DNA of 64,000 nucleotides from an uncultured Acidobacteriota bacterium (GCA_963700065.1 CAVOWJ010000009.1:7318-71317), one strand, 5' to 3'. Counted from the stretch's first letter, positions 8,867-19,611 are shown. The notes: generated by a model not told the origin, from the letters alone. Numbers and translations: made by a program.

Positions 8867-9204
8867 CCTCATCTCCCAATCGTCACGGGAACACGACCCC
8901 GCGCGTTGCTTCATAGCAAGACCTGGTCCGAGGGGCTGTCAGCAAGGCAAGTTGTTGTAGTAGAACGTGTTGCGCTGTTTGCGCCCGGTGCGCCGGCGCT
9001 CCGCGCCTGCCTCGATGCGCGGCACGCGTCTGCACGACAGGACACGAGCCTCCGCGGCGCCGCACGCGACGCGAAGGCGTGGATGTCGGGGATCGCTGCG
9101 CGAGACCCGTGAGCGTGAGGCCGGCAAAGAAACAGACGGTGGCGTCGAAAGCGGCGGCGGCGGCGGACTTGGCAGGATTCCGCGATCGTGATACTTGTGA
9201 CCTC

Positions 9205-9963
9205 GTGCCGTCAGCCCGATTGCAGCACGTGCTCGAGCAGTGGCGCCTCGGCAACGTCGCCCGGGAGGCGGCGTTTGCCGCCATCGACGACGAGTCGCGC
9301 GCCCAGCCGTTCGAGGACCTGGGCTTCGCACGGGTGGACCATCACCGCAGCGCCCGCAAAGGGTTTCCGGAGGTCGTGTTCGGGGAAGGCAAGACGCCAT
9401 CCCAGGTCGCGGCCATCGCCGGCCGGATTGTCGCGCACGGCCACACGCTGCTCATCACCCGGACCGGCGCCGAGGCCTTCGCCGCCGTCCAGCAGGCCGT
9501 GCCGGACGCAGTCTTCCACGAGCAGGCGCGCATCATCGAGCGCCGCGCCGGCGAGATCGCCCCAGGGACCGGCACCATCCTGGTCGCCGTGGCGGGCACC
9601 TCCGATCTCGCGGTGGCCGAGGAGGCCGCCATCACCGCCGAGGTGATGAACAACCCGGTCGACCGGCTGTTTGACGTCGGCGTGGCCGGCCTGCACCGTC
9701 TCTTGAGTGAGCGGGAACGCCTCGACGCCGCGCGGGTCGTGATTGTCGTGGCGGGCATGGAGGGCGCGCTGCCGAGCGTCGTCGGCGGCCTGGTCCGGGC
9801 ACCGGTGATCGCCGTGCCCACCAGTGTCGGCTACGGCGCCAGTTTCGGCGGTCTGGCGGCGCTGCTCGGCATGCTGAACTCCTGCGCTCCCGGCGTGGCG
9901 GTCGTCAACATCGACAACGGGTTCGGCGCAGCCTGCATCGCCAGCCAAATCAACCACTTGTAG
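9205..9963 (+). CDS. larB: Nickel-pincer cofactor biosynthesis protein LarB (PurE/AIR-carboxylase-like); start uncertain (longest ORF from 9079; candidates GTG 9205, TTG 9220)
   Basis: [80 protein letters not shown]. The N-terminal 40 aa of the longest ORF overlap the duplicated protease leader and look non-coding. Confidence 0.8.
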   Translation: MPSARLQHVLEQWRLGNVAREAAFAAIDDESRAQPFEDLGFARVDHHRSARKGFPEVVFGEGKTPSQVAAIAGRIVAHGHTLLITRTGAEAFAAVQQAVPDAVFHEQARIIERRAGEIAPGTGTILVAVAGTSDLAVAEEAAITAEVMNNPVDRLFDVGVAGLHRLLSERERLDAARVVIVVAGMEGALPSVVGGLVRAPVIAVPTSVGYGASFGGLAALLGMLNSCAPGVAVVNIDNGFGAACIASQINHL

Positions 9964-10022
9964 CGTTTTCTGCTTGACAGAGATCCCTCCGGGGAGCATA
10001 TTGGAAGGTTGCAGCCCTTTGT

Positions 10023-12563
10023 GTGTACAGCCGGCGTCCGGCTGCACGCGGCCTCTCCAGCGGCGACCCCGACCGGTATGCAGACAGCCGTATCCAGGCC
10101 CTCGAGTTCACGCACATCGTCGATGTGCTGCGCGGGTGCGCCGTCACCCCGCTGGGGGCGGAGCGCCTCGCGGCCCTGCGGCCGTCGGCCGACCCGCGGA
10201 AGGCGGCGCACCTGCTGGCGGCCACCTCCGAAGGCGTGCGGTTCAACGAACTGGCGGGCGGCTTCGCCCTGGCGGCGCCGCCGGACCTGCCGGCGATTCT
10301 CGGCGGCCTGGCCATCGAGGGCCGGGCGCTCGAGCCGCTGCGTCTGCTCGGCCTCGCCGACTATCTCGAGTCGGTTGAAGAGACGCGGGCCGCGATCCGC
10401 CGGACCGATCATCCGTTTCCAATCCTGAAGGCGCTCGCGGAGAGCGGCGCGTCGTTCCGCGGCGAGATTGCCGAGACGCGGCACAAGATCGAGCCGTCGG
10501 GCGAGGTCGCCGACGCCGCGAGCCCCGAGTTGAAGGCCGTGCGCGAGCGCCTGCGGCGGCAGCGGACGCGGCTGAAGGGCACGCTCGAGTCGTTCCTCAG
10601 GAACCGCGACACGGCGAAGTATCTGCAGGACCAGGTGGTGACCGACCGGAACGGCCGGTTCGTGCTCGTGGTGCGCGCCGAGCACCAATCGGCCATCCCC
10701 GGCATCGTGCACGGCAGTTCGTCGAGCGGCGCCAGCCTGTATCTCGAGCCGCTGAGCACGGTCGAGATCAACAACGATATCGTGGCCCTCGAGCAGCAGG
10801 AGGCCGAGGAAATCCGGCGAATCCTGCTGGCGCTGACGGACCAGTACCGCCGCCGCGCGCTCGACCTGCAGCGCACGATCGAGTCGGCCACCGAGTTCGA
10901 CGTCATCCAGGCCAAGGCCCGGCTGTCGGCGATCGTGGGAGGCGTCGAGCCCACGCTCTCCGCCGACGGGGCGTTCGAGCTGCTCGCGGCGCGGCACCCG
11001 CTGCTCATTCCCGCCATTGCGCAGCGGCTGTCCGACGCACGGACGGCCGGGGAACGGGCCGGCGACGGCGGCTCGCCGCCGATCATTCCCGACAAGGGCC
11101 CGGTCCCGGTCGACGTCAGGCTCCTGCCGGGCACAACCGTGCTCGTGGTCACGGGGCCCAACACGGGCGGCAAGACAGTGGCGCTCAAGACGGCCGGCCT
11201 GCTGGCGTTGATGGCGCAGGCCGGGCTGCACGTCCCGGCGGAGCACGGGTCGCGGGTGCCGGTGTTCCGGTCGGTGTTCGCGGACATCGGCGACGAGCAG
11301 TCGATTGCCGCGAGCCTCAGCACCTTCTCGTGGCACATGTCGAACATCGTCCAGGTGGACCGGACGCTGGCGCTGCCGGCGCTGGTGCTGCTCGACGAAG
11401 TGGGCGCGGGCACCGATCCGGTGGAAGGCGGCGCGCTCGGTCTGGCGATTGTCGACCATCTCCGCCGGCGCGGCGCCCACGTGGTGGCCACCTCGCACTA
11501 CGAGCCGCTGAAGTCGTACGCCTCGACCACGCCGGGCGTGGCGTCGGCGGCGTTCGGGTTCGATCCGGAGACGTTCGCCCCGACCTACGCGCTGAAGTAC
11601 GGCACGCCGGGGCGCAGCCTCGCGCTGGAGATCGCGGGGCGGCTGGGGCTCTCCCCGGCGATCCTCGACGAGGCGCGGCGCAACGTGTCGGCGCGGGAAG
11701 CGCAGCTGGCGGAGCACCTGGCGAAGATCGACGCGGATCTGCGGACCCTGGACCACGAGCGCCGCCTCGTCACGCGCGAGCGCGAAGCGCTGGGCGAATC
11801 GGAAGCGCGGATGAAGGCGCGCGAGCAGGCGCTGCGCGAGAAGGAAGAGCGCCTGCGCCAGCGGGCCGACGAGGAGATCGCCTCGCGCGTCCGCGAGGCC
11901 AGGGAGGACATCGACAAGGTCGTCGGCGAGCTTCGGCGCGACGTGGAGCGGCTGACGGCCGAGGCGAACCGCCGGGCGCTGCACGGCCGGCCGCTGTCGA
12001 CCGGCGAAGCGGGCGAGGCCCGCGCGCAGGCGAAGGCGGCCCTCGAGCAGGTGGCCGGTCGGGTGCAGTCGCCAGGCCGCGCGGCCGAGGCCGCGCCGGC
12101 CGCGGAAGGGCCGGCGGCGGCGGTGGGCGACCGCATCCTGCTCCGCTCCCTCGGCATGGAGGGGCGCGTGGTTGCCCTGCAGGCGGGCGAAGCGGACATC
12201 GAGGTGCGCGGCAAGCGGCTGCGCGCGCGGCTGGCGGAGCTGCAGGTCCTGGGCCGGGCCGCCGACGCCGAGCCGTCGAAGGTGAACGTCAACCTGATGG
12301 TGACCGCCCGTGACGGGTCGGCCACCGAGATCAACGTGATCGGCTGCTCGGTCGACGAAGCGCTCGGGCGCATCGAGCGGTTCCTCGACAACCTGCTGCT
12401 CACCGACGAGCGCCAGATCCGCATCATCCACGGGTTCGGCACCGGGCAGCTGCGCCGGGCAATCGGCGAATACCTGGACCGGCATCCCCTGGTGGCCACG
12501 CACCAGGCCGCGCCGCACGATCACGGCGGCGGTGGCGTCACGGTGGCGGAGTTGAAGGACTAG
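10023..12563 (+). CDS. mutS2: Endonuclease MutS2 (MutS ATPase domain plus C-terminal Smr domain)
   Basis: Walker A VTGPNTGGKTVALKTAGL, LLDEVGAGTDPVEGGAL, long coiled-coil region, C-terminal Smr INVIGCSVDEALGRIERFLD...IRIIHGFGTGQLRRAI. Confidence 0.93.
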   Translation: MYSRRPAARGLSSGDPDRYADSRIQALEFTHIVDVLRGCAVTPLGAERLAALRPSADPRKAAHLLAATSEGVRFNELAGGFALAAPPDLPAILGGLAIEGRALEPLRLLGLADYLESVEETRAAIRRTDHPFPILKALAESGASFRGEIAETRHKIEPSGEVADAASPELKAVRERLRRQRTRLKGTLESFLRNRDTAKYLQDQVVTDRNGRFVLVVRAEHQSAIPGIVHGSSSSGASLYLEPLSTVEINNDIVALEQQEAEEIRRILLALTDQYRRRALDLQRTIESATEFDVIQAKARLSAIVGGVEPTLSADGAFELLAARHPLLIPAIAQRLSDARTAGERAGDGGSPPIIPDKGPVPVDVRLLPGTTVLVVTGPNTGGKTVALKTAGLLALMAQAGLHVPAEHGSRVPVFRSVFADIGDEQSIAASLSTFSWHMSNIVQVDRTLALPALVLLDEVGAGTDPVEGGALGLAIVDHLRRRGAHVVATSHYEPLKSYASTTPGVASAAFGFDPETFAPTYALKYGTPGRSLALEIAGRLGLSPAILDEARRNVSAREAQLAEHLAKIDADLRTLDHERRLVTREREALGESEARMKAREQALREKEERLRQRADEEIASRVREAREDIDKVVGELRRDVERLTAEANRRALHGRPLSTGEAGEARAQAKAALEQVAGRVQSPGRAAEAAPAAEGPAAAVGDRILLRSLGMEGRVVALQAGEADIEVRGKRLRARLAELQVLGRAADAEPSKVNVNLMVTARDGSATEINVIGCSVDEALGRIERFLDNLLLTDERQIRIIHGFGTGQLRRAIGEYLDRHPLVATHQAAPHDHGGGGVTVAELKD

Positions 12564-14326
12564 TGGCCCTGTTCCCTGCGGCCTTCGTCGAGGATCTGCG
12601 CGCGCGCGCGGACATCGTGCAGGTGGTCCAGGAGTACGTGTCGCTGAAGAAGGCCGGCACGAGCTACAAGGGGCTCTGCCCCTTCCACGGCGAGAAGACG
12701 CCGTCGTTTCACGTGAACCGCGAGAAGGGCTTCTTCCACTGCTTCGGCTGCGGCGTCGGCGGCGATGTCATCAAGTTCGTCGAGATGCAGGAGAAGGTCG
12801 GCTTCACCGACGCCGTGCGCCAGCTGGCCCGCAAGTTCGGCCTGACCGTGCCCGAGACCGGGCCCGACGGGACCGAGGTGGACCAGCGCGACCGCGAGAC
12901 GCTGCTGAAAATCCACGAGGTGGCGGCGGCATGGTTCCGCCAGCAGCTGGCCGGGGCGGCCGGGGCGCGTGCCCGGCAGCAGCTGGACGGGCGCGGCATC
13001 ACGGCCGAGACGATCGAGGCGCTGGGGCTGGGCTACGCGCCGCCGTCGCGCGACCTGCTGCTCGCCCACCTGCGGGAGCAGGGGTTCCAGGCGCCGCTGC
13101 TTCTCCGCAGCGGCCTGGTCGTCGAGCGCGACAACGGCCAGGTGGTCGATCGGTTCCGGAACCGTCTGATCGTCCCGATTGCCCGCGACTCGGGTTCGAT
13201 TGTCGCCTTCGCGGGCCGGTCGATGGACCCGGATCAGGTGCCCAAGTACCTGAATTCCCCCGAAACGCCGATCTACTCCAAGAGCCGCACGCTCTACGGC
13301 CTGAACCACACGAAGCCGCTGTTGCGTAAGTCGGGGTTCGTCGTGCTCGTCGAGGGCTACTTCGATTTCGCGCAGGTGCTGCAGGAGTGCCGGCTGCCCG
13401 TCGTGGCGACGTGCGGCACGGCCCTGACGCCGCAGCAGGCCCAGCTGCTCCGCCGGTTCGTCTCGAAGATTGTCCTGAGCTTCGATCCCGACGCGGCCGG
13501 ACAGAGCGCGGCAGTGCGGTCCTGCGACCTGCTGGTCTCGGAGGGGTTCCAGGTGAACGTGGCGGTGCTGCCGGGCGGGGACGATCCGGACACCTTCATC
13601 CGCAACCGGACGGGCCGCCAGTATGCCGCCCAGCTCCAGCAGTCGAAACCGTACCTCGACTACCTCCTCGACCGGGCGGCCGGCGTCCACGATCTGAGAA
13701 CCGACGACGGGCGGCGGGCTTTCCTGCAGGAGATGCTGGCGGTGGCGGCGCGGATCCCGGACGCGGCGGCGCGGGACCAGTTCGCGGACCGGATCGCGCA
13801 CCGGGCGCGCATTACCGAGTCGGTGGTGCGCGACGAGATCCGGAAGGCGGCCGTCGAGCGGCGCACCGAGGTCAGCGCGCGGGAGATGCCGGCGCTGGGC
13901 CAGCTGAAGATGGCCGAGCGCGGCCTGCTCTGGGCGCTGATGAACGAGCCCGACGACGCGGCCGACGCCCTCGGGGCGCTCGACGGGCGCGACCTGGAGG
14001 GGCTCGCCTCCGGCGGGATCCTGCAGGAGGCGGTCCGGGCGCAGACCTCGGGGGCCGCCCGTTCACCGGTGGCCTTCCTCGCGCGTCTAAGCAAGGAGGA
14101 GGCCCATCTGGTGACGGGCATCGCCTCCGCCCCCGCCCCCCCGGCGCCGGCGCACGCGTGCGCGCTGGAGCTGAAGCGGCTGCGCCTCGAGCGCGAGGGG
14201 GCCGCCGTGCAGCAGGAAATCGACCGCGTCCAGCAGTCGGGGCGCGCCAACGACATCGACCGGCTGTGGCAGCAGAAACACGAACTGCTCCGGCGCATCG
14301 CGGCGCTGGAGATCACGGGCACCTGA
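12563..14326 (+). CDS. dnaG: DNA primase DnaG
   Basis: CHC2 zinc finger [35 protein letters not shown]; TOPRIM region VVLVEGYFD...[11 protein letters not shown]. The GTG start overlaps the mutS2 stop by 1 nt. Confidence 0.93.
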   Translation: MALFPAAFVEDLRARADIVQVVQEYVSLKKAGTSYKGLCPFHGEKTPSFHVNREKGFFHCFGCGVGGDVIKFVEMQEKVGFTDAVRQLARKFGLTVPETGPDGTEVDQRDRETLLKIHEVAAAWFRQQLAGAAGARARQQLDGRGITAETIEALGLGYAPPSRDLLLAHLREQGFQAPLLLRSGLVVERDNGQVVDRFRNRLIVPIARDSGSIVAFAGRSMDPDQVPKYLNSPETPIYSKSRTLYGLNHTKPLLRKSGFVVLVEGYFDFAQVLQECRLPVVATCGTALTPQQAQLLRRFVSKIVLSFDPDAAGQSAAVRSCDLLVSEGFQVNVAVLPGGDDPDTFIRNRTGRQYAAQLQQSKPYLDYLLDRAAGVHDLRTDDGRRAFLQEMLAVAARIPDAAARDQFADRIAHRARITESVVRDEIRKAAVERRTEVSAREMPALGQLKMAERGLLWALMNEPDDAADALGALDGRDLEGLASGGILQEAVRAQTSGAARSPVAFLARLSKEEAHLVTGIASAPAPPAPAHACALELKRLRLEREGAAVQQEIDRVQQSGRANDIDRLWQQKHELLRRIAALEITGT

Positions 14327-14337
14327 GGGAGGACGCC

Positions 14338-16023
<1,686 letters not shown>

Positions 16024-16031
16024 GCTTATGC

Positions 16032-16107
16032 GGGCCCATAGCTCAGCGGTAAGAGCCGCCGGCTCATAACCGGCCCGTCCCAGGTTCGAATCCTGGTGGG
16101 CCCACCA
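16032..16107 (+). tRNA. tRNA-Met (anticodon CAT), elongator type (tRNA-Ile2/lysidine cannot be excluded), CCA encoded
   Basis: Hand-folded cloverleaf. Acceptor GGGCCCA/TGGGCCC. D arm GCTC-AGCGGTAA-GAGC. Anticodon arm GCCGG-CTCATAA-CCGGC. Variable loop CCGTC. T arm CCAGG-TTCGAAT-CCTGG. Discriminator A plus CCA. Confidence 0.9.
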
Positions 16108-16113
16108 CACACT

Positions 16114-16854
16114 ATGCATCCTGATCTCGAACGGGTCATCCACCTCCAGCAGATCGAGGACGCCGCGGAGCGGGCGCGCCGGACCATCGCCGACGAGCCC
16201 GCCCGCCAGCAGCGGTTCGCCGCGGCGCTGGACGCGGCGCGCCTGGCCCTCGAGCACGAGCGCGCGCGCCTGGCCGCCAACCAGGCCGCGCGGCGCGAGG
16301 CCGAGAAGGAGCTGGCCATGCAGCAGGCCCGGCTCTCGAAGTTCCGGGACCAGCTCATGGAGGTGAAGACCAACCGCGAATACCAGGCGATGCAGAAGGA
16401 GATCGAAACTGCCCAGCACGAGATCCGGAAGCAGGAAGACCGCCTGCTCGAGCAGATGATCGAGTTCGACGAGGTGACCGGCCAGGTGAAGCAGGCCGAG
16501 CAGGCGTTCGCGCGGGAGCAGGCCGCGATCGACGCCGAGCGGGCGGCGCTCGCCGCGCAGCTCGCCGAGGCCGGCGCCGCCATCGGCACGCTGGCGGCCG
16601 AGCGCGCCGCCCTGGCGGCCCGGATCAGCCCGCCCATCCTCGCCCTGTTCGAGCGCGTGCTGAAGTACCGCAAGACCGCGGCCGTCACGCCCGTCCGCGC
16701 GGGCCGCTGCTCCACCTGCCAGATCCTGGTCCGGCCCCAGACCGTGAACGAGCTTCGCCGCAACGAGATCATCTACCAGTGCGAGAGCTGCCTGCGCATC
16801 CTCTACTACGAGGACGCGCCCCAGACCGCCGACGCCGCCCGCCCCACGGAGTAG
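16114..16854 (+). CDS. Coiled-coil protein with a C-terminal C4 zinc ribbon (COG1579/DUF164-like)
   Basis: Long heptad-rich region followed by CSTCQILVRPQTVNELRRNEIIYQCESCLRILY. I take the ATG at 16114 because the track start 16096 overlaps the tRNA. Confidence 0.8.
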   Translation: MHPDLERVIHLQQIEDAAERARRTIADEPARQQRFAAALDAARLALEHERARLAANQAARREAEKELAMQQARLSKFRDQLMEVKTNREYQAMQKEIETAQHEIRKQEDRLLEQMIEFDEVTGQVKQAEQAFAREQAAIDAERAALAAQLAEAGAAIGTLAAERAALAARISPPILALFERVLKYRKTAAVTPVRAGRCSTCQILVRPQTVNELRRNEIIYQCESCLRILYYEDAPQTADAARPTE

Positions 16855-16861
16855 CCCGCGC

Positions 16862-17290
16862 ATGATCGCGAACATCGACGGCGGATCCCGGGGCAACCCG
16901 GGCCCGGCCGGGTACGGCGTCCGCTTCACCGGCCCTGACGGGTCGGTGGTCGCCGAGTTCGGCGACGCCATCGGCGTCGCCACCAACAACGTCGCCGAGT
17001 ACCGCGGCCTGCTGGCCGCCCTCCGGTACGCGAAGGAGCGGGGCTACACCAACCTCACGGTCCGATCGGATTCGTTGCTCCTGGTCTGCCAGATGCGCGG
17101 CGAGTACAAGGTGAAGAACGCCGGCCTGCAGGCGCTCCACGGAGAGGCGCGCCGACTCGTCTGGGAGCTGGGCCGCGTGCGCTTCGAACACGTGCGGCGC
17201 GAGCTCAACACCGACGCCGACCGCCTGGCGAACGAGGCGATGGACGGGAAGAAGAGGACAGAAGGGGGAACTGACGATGGTCAGAAGTAA
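16862..17290 (+). CDS. Ribonuclease H (type 1, RNase HI-like)
   Basis: IDGGSRGNPGPAGYG, TNNVAEYRGLLAALRYA, VRSDSLLLVCQMRGEYKVKN, RELNTDADRLANEAM. Pairing of a zinc-ribbon gene with an RNase H gene is a known conserved arrangement. Confidence 0.85.
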   Translation: MIANIDGGSRGNPGPAGYGVRFTGPDGSVVAEFGDAIGVATNNVAEYRGLLAALRYAKERGYTNLTVRSDSLLLVCQMRGEYKVKNAGLQALHGEARRLVWELGRVRFEHVRRELNTDADRLANEAMDGKKRTEGGTDDGQK

Positions 17291-17391
17291 GTAGCAAGAA
17301 GGGCTCACTGACGATTGTCAGAAGCAAGAATAAGACAAGCCGCACCGGTGGATGTGCTTCTTGCTTCTTGCTTCTTGCTTCTTGCTTCCCA
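17260..17391. repeat. Structured intergenic repeat element A: two tandem copies of a 25-nt AGAAGGG..ACTGACGAT.GTCAG motif, a GCCGCACCGGTGG core, and a (GCTTCTT)x4-5 heptamer array
   Basis: Motif copies at 17260..17284 (inside the RNase H 3' end) and 17297..17321. Each contains the small palindrome CTGAC-N4-GTCAG. Core at 17339..17351. Heptamers at 17356..17390, partly complementary to gaagcaagaataagacaagc (17321..17340). Confidence 0.7.
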
Positions 17392-18573
17392 TCACACGAC
17401 GTGTCGTTCCGCCGCCTGCGTGCCGGCGGCGAAACGCTCGAGGGCAAACGGCGACACGTCGAGGCCGGGATCGCGTCCGGTGACGAGATCGGCGAGCACG
17501 CGCCCGGCCGCGGGCGAGTGCTGAAAGCCGTGGCCGCTGAAGCCCGCGATGACGTAGAAGCCGTCGCAGCCCGGCGCGGAACCAATGATCGGCATGGCGT
17601 CCGGCGTCATCTCGTAGAGCCCGGCCCACGCGTGCGACACGACGGCGTCGGCCAGGGCCGGCAGCCGCGCCACCCCGGCTTCGACCACCTCGGGAAGGAA
17701 GTCCCACCGTACGGTCGTGTCGAACCCCGCCCGTTCGGCGGGATCACCCATGCCGAACAGCAACTGCCCTCCATCGCGGTGGAAGTAGAACGACGTGGTG
17801 AAGTCGATGACGAGGATGCGCGTGGCGGGAACCTGACCGCGATGCGGCGTATCGTCCCATGACGCGCCGGCCGCCGGCTGCGCGAAGAAGATGTGCCGGC
17901 GCAGCGGGCTCACCGGCACCTCGAGCCCCGCCATCCCGGCGACCTGTCCCGCCCACGCGCCTGCGGCGTTCACGACGATTCCCGTCGCAACGGTGCCGTC
18001 CGTCGTACGCACGCCCGCGACGCGCCCGTTCACGACGTCGATGCCGGTCACCTCGGTGGCGCGCACAATCTCCACGCCGGCGTCGCGTGCCGTCCGGGCG
18101 AATCCCATCGTCACGCTGTTGGGATCGGCGATTCCATCCTTCGCGCAGTAGGTCGCGGCGATCACGCCGTCCACGGACACGCCAGGGGCGAGGCGGGCGG
18201 CCTCCCCCGCCGTGAGCCACTCGACCGGCACTCCCAGGCGGCGCTGAAGATCCACGCTCGCCCGGAACGCCTCGATGTCGGCTTCACGGGAGAGCAGGAA
18301 CAGGTAGCCGTCCTGGTGCAGATCGATGCTGGCGCCGATCTCCGTTTCGAACCGCTCGAAGGCCGCGATGGACTCGATCGAGAGCCGGACGTTCTGCTCG
18401 GTCGAGAACTGGTGGCGGACGCCGCCCGCGTTGCGTCCGGTCGACCCGGCGCCCAACTGGGCTTCGCGCTCGACGAGCACGATGTCGGTGATGCCGCGGC
18501 GCGCGAGGTGGTACGCCACGCTCGCGCCCATGCACCCGCCTCCAACGATGACGACATCCGCGGTGTGGCGCAT
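17392..18573 (-). CDS. FAD-dependent oxidoreductase (DAO / sarcosine oxidase beta-subunit-like family)
   Basis: N-terminal dinucleotide fold DVVIVGGGCMGASVAYHLARRG, STGRNAGGVRHQF, C-terminal AGFSGHGFQHSPAAG. Confidence 0.85.
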   Translation of the reverse strand: MRHTADVVIVGGGCMGASVAYHLARRGITDIVLVEREAQLGAGSTGRNAGGVRHQFSTEQNVRLSIESIAAFERFETEIGASIDLHQDGYLFLLSREADIEAFRASVDLQRRLGVPVEWLTAGEAARLAPGVSVDGVIAATYCAKDGIADPNSVTMGFARTARDAGVEIVRATEVTGIDVVNGRVAGVRTTDGTVATGIVVNAAGAWAGQVAGMAGLEVPVSPLRRHIFFAQPAAGASWDDTPHRGQVPATRILVIDFTTSFYFHRDGGQLLFGMGDPAERAGFDTTVRWDFLPEVVEAGVARLPALADAVVSHAWAGLYEMTPDAMPIIGSAPGCDGFYVIAGFSGHGFQHSPAAGRVLADLVTGRDPGLDVSPFALERFAAGTQAAERHVV

Positions 18574-18600
18574 CAGGTCAGGACCGCGCTAGTGTAAGCG

Positions 18601-18757
18601 AAGCCAGAAGGGCCCACTGACGATTGTCAGCGGGTCACGCGCGGCTGACCGCGCGACTCGACATCCCAGAAACAGGCCAGAATCTGAGCTGTTTCTTAGG
18701 AGAAGCCAGAAGAAGACACGCCGCACCAGTCGGTCTTCTTCTGGCTTCTGGCTTCTG
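18601..18757. repeat. Structured intergenic repeat element B: 25-nt motif copy, three short hairpins, and a perfect 17-bp hairpin with a GCCGCACCAGTCG loop followed by CTTCTGG heptamers
   Basis: Motif agaagggcccactgacgattgtcag at 18606..18630. Stem cgcgcgg/ccgcgcg around 18635..18657. Stem agaaacag/ctgtttct at 18669..18696. Stem agaagccagaagaagac (18701..18717) pairs with gtcttcttctggcttct (18733..18749). Confidence 0.75.
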
Positions 18758-18765
18758 TCCTCAAC

Positions 18766-19611
18766 TCAATCCTGCCTCGCGCGAATGACGCCGATCATCC
18801 GACCCGCCCGTTCGCCGTCGACGCGGTAGGAATGAAACGTCTCCCTGTAACAGGACGTGCAGAGGCGCGACACGTGAATCTGCGACGGCGGCACGCCGGC
18901 GGCCCGCAGTTGATCGGTGTTCGCGGTCCAGGTGTCGAGGAAGCCGCTCGCGCCGCCGCTCGCGGCCGGGTCGGTGCCGGGCACGCCGCGCCTGGCCTCG
19001 GCAGTCGGCACGTCGCTGAACCAGGCGCTGAGCGAGCCGCCCCACCTCCCTGCCGATTCAAACGCGGCACGCACGTCCGGCCCGACCCGGTAGCAGCACG
19101 GGCCGATGCTCGGCCCGATGGCCGCGACGATGTCGGCCGGCGCCGCACCGAAGCCGTCGGCCAGGGCTTCCACGGCCGCCTGCGAGGCGCCGGCGGCCGT
19201 GCCGCGCCATCCCGCGTGAACGGCGGCCACGGCGCCCAGCCGCCTGTCGGCGAGCAGGATGGGCACGCAGTCGGCCACCTTCACGCAGAGGGCCAGGGCG
19301 GCGGCGTCGCTCGCCGCGATGTCGGCGACGTCCCAGTCGGGCGCCGCAGGGGGAAACGCCTGTTGCCGCTGGAGGCTCACGACGCGTGTCCCGTGCACCT
19401 GGCGCAGGCGCACGACGGAGCGGGCCGGAACGCCCATCGAGAATGCCACGCGGTGCCAGCCGTCGCCGGGCGTCGGCGGTCCCGTGCCGAGCACGGGTGC
19501 GCGCGTGGTGAAACAGTGATCGGCGACGGCCGCCAGCGGACGGCAGCGGATGGCCGGGCCCCAGGGATACCGGGCCCACTCGAACGCGTCGGGCAGGGGA
19601 ACTTCAGGCAT
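18766..19611 (-). CDS. pgeF: Peptidoglycan editing factor PgeF (YfiH/DUF152 laccase-domain protein)
   Basis: ADCVPILLAD, AAVHAGWRGTAAG, CCYRVG, CTSCYRETFHSYR: the conserved His/Cys metal-site motifs of the YfiH family. Confidence 0.85.
   Translation of the reverse strand: MPEVPLPDAFEWARYPWGPAIRCRPLAAVADHCFTTRAPVLGTGPPTPGDGWHRVAFSMGVPARSVVRLRQVHGTRVVSLQRQQAFPPAAPDWDVADIAASDAAALALCVKVADCVPILLADRRLGAVAAVHAGWRGTAAGASQAAVEALADGFGAAPADIVAAIGPSIGPCCYRVGPDVRAAFESAGRWGGSLSAWFSDVPTAEARRGVPGTDPAASGGASGFLDTWTANTDQLRAAGVPPSQIHVSRLCTSCYRETFHSYRVDGERAGRMIGVIRARQD

Noticed and set aside
9831-12524. 897-aa minus-strand ORF
   Set aside because: It is antisense to the well-supported mutS2. It is Arg/Pro/Ala-rich nonsense typical of high-GC shadow frames.
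16032-16107. tRNA(CAT) as initiator tRNA-fMet
   Set aside because: The G1-C72 pair is intact, and the anticodon stem lacks the three consecutive G-C (GGG/CCC) pairs characteristic of bacterial initiators.
18701-18749. The 17-bp perfect hairpin as a plain Rho-independent terminator
   Set aside because: No T/U tract follows the stem on either strand. The same loop sequence recurs at 17339..17351, so I treat it as part of a repeat family instead.
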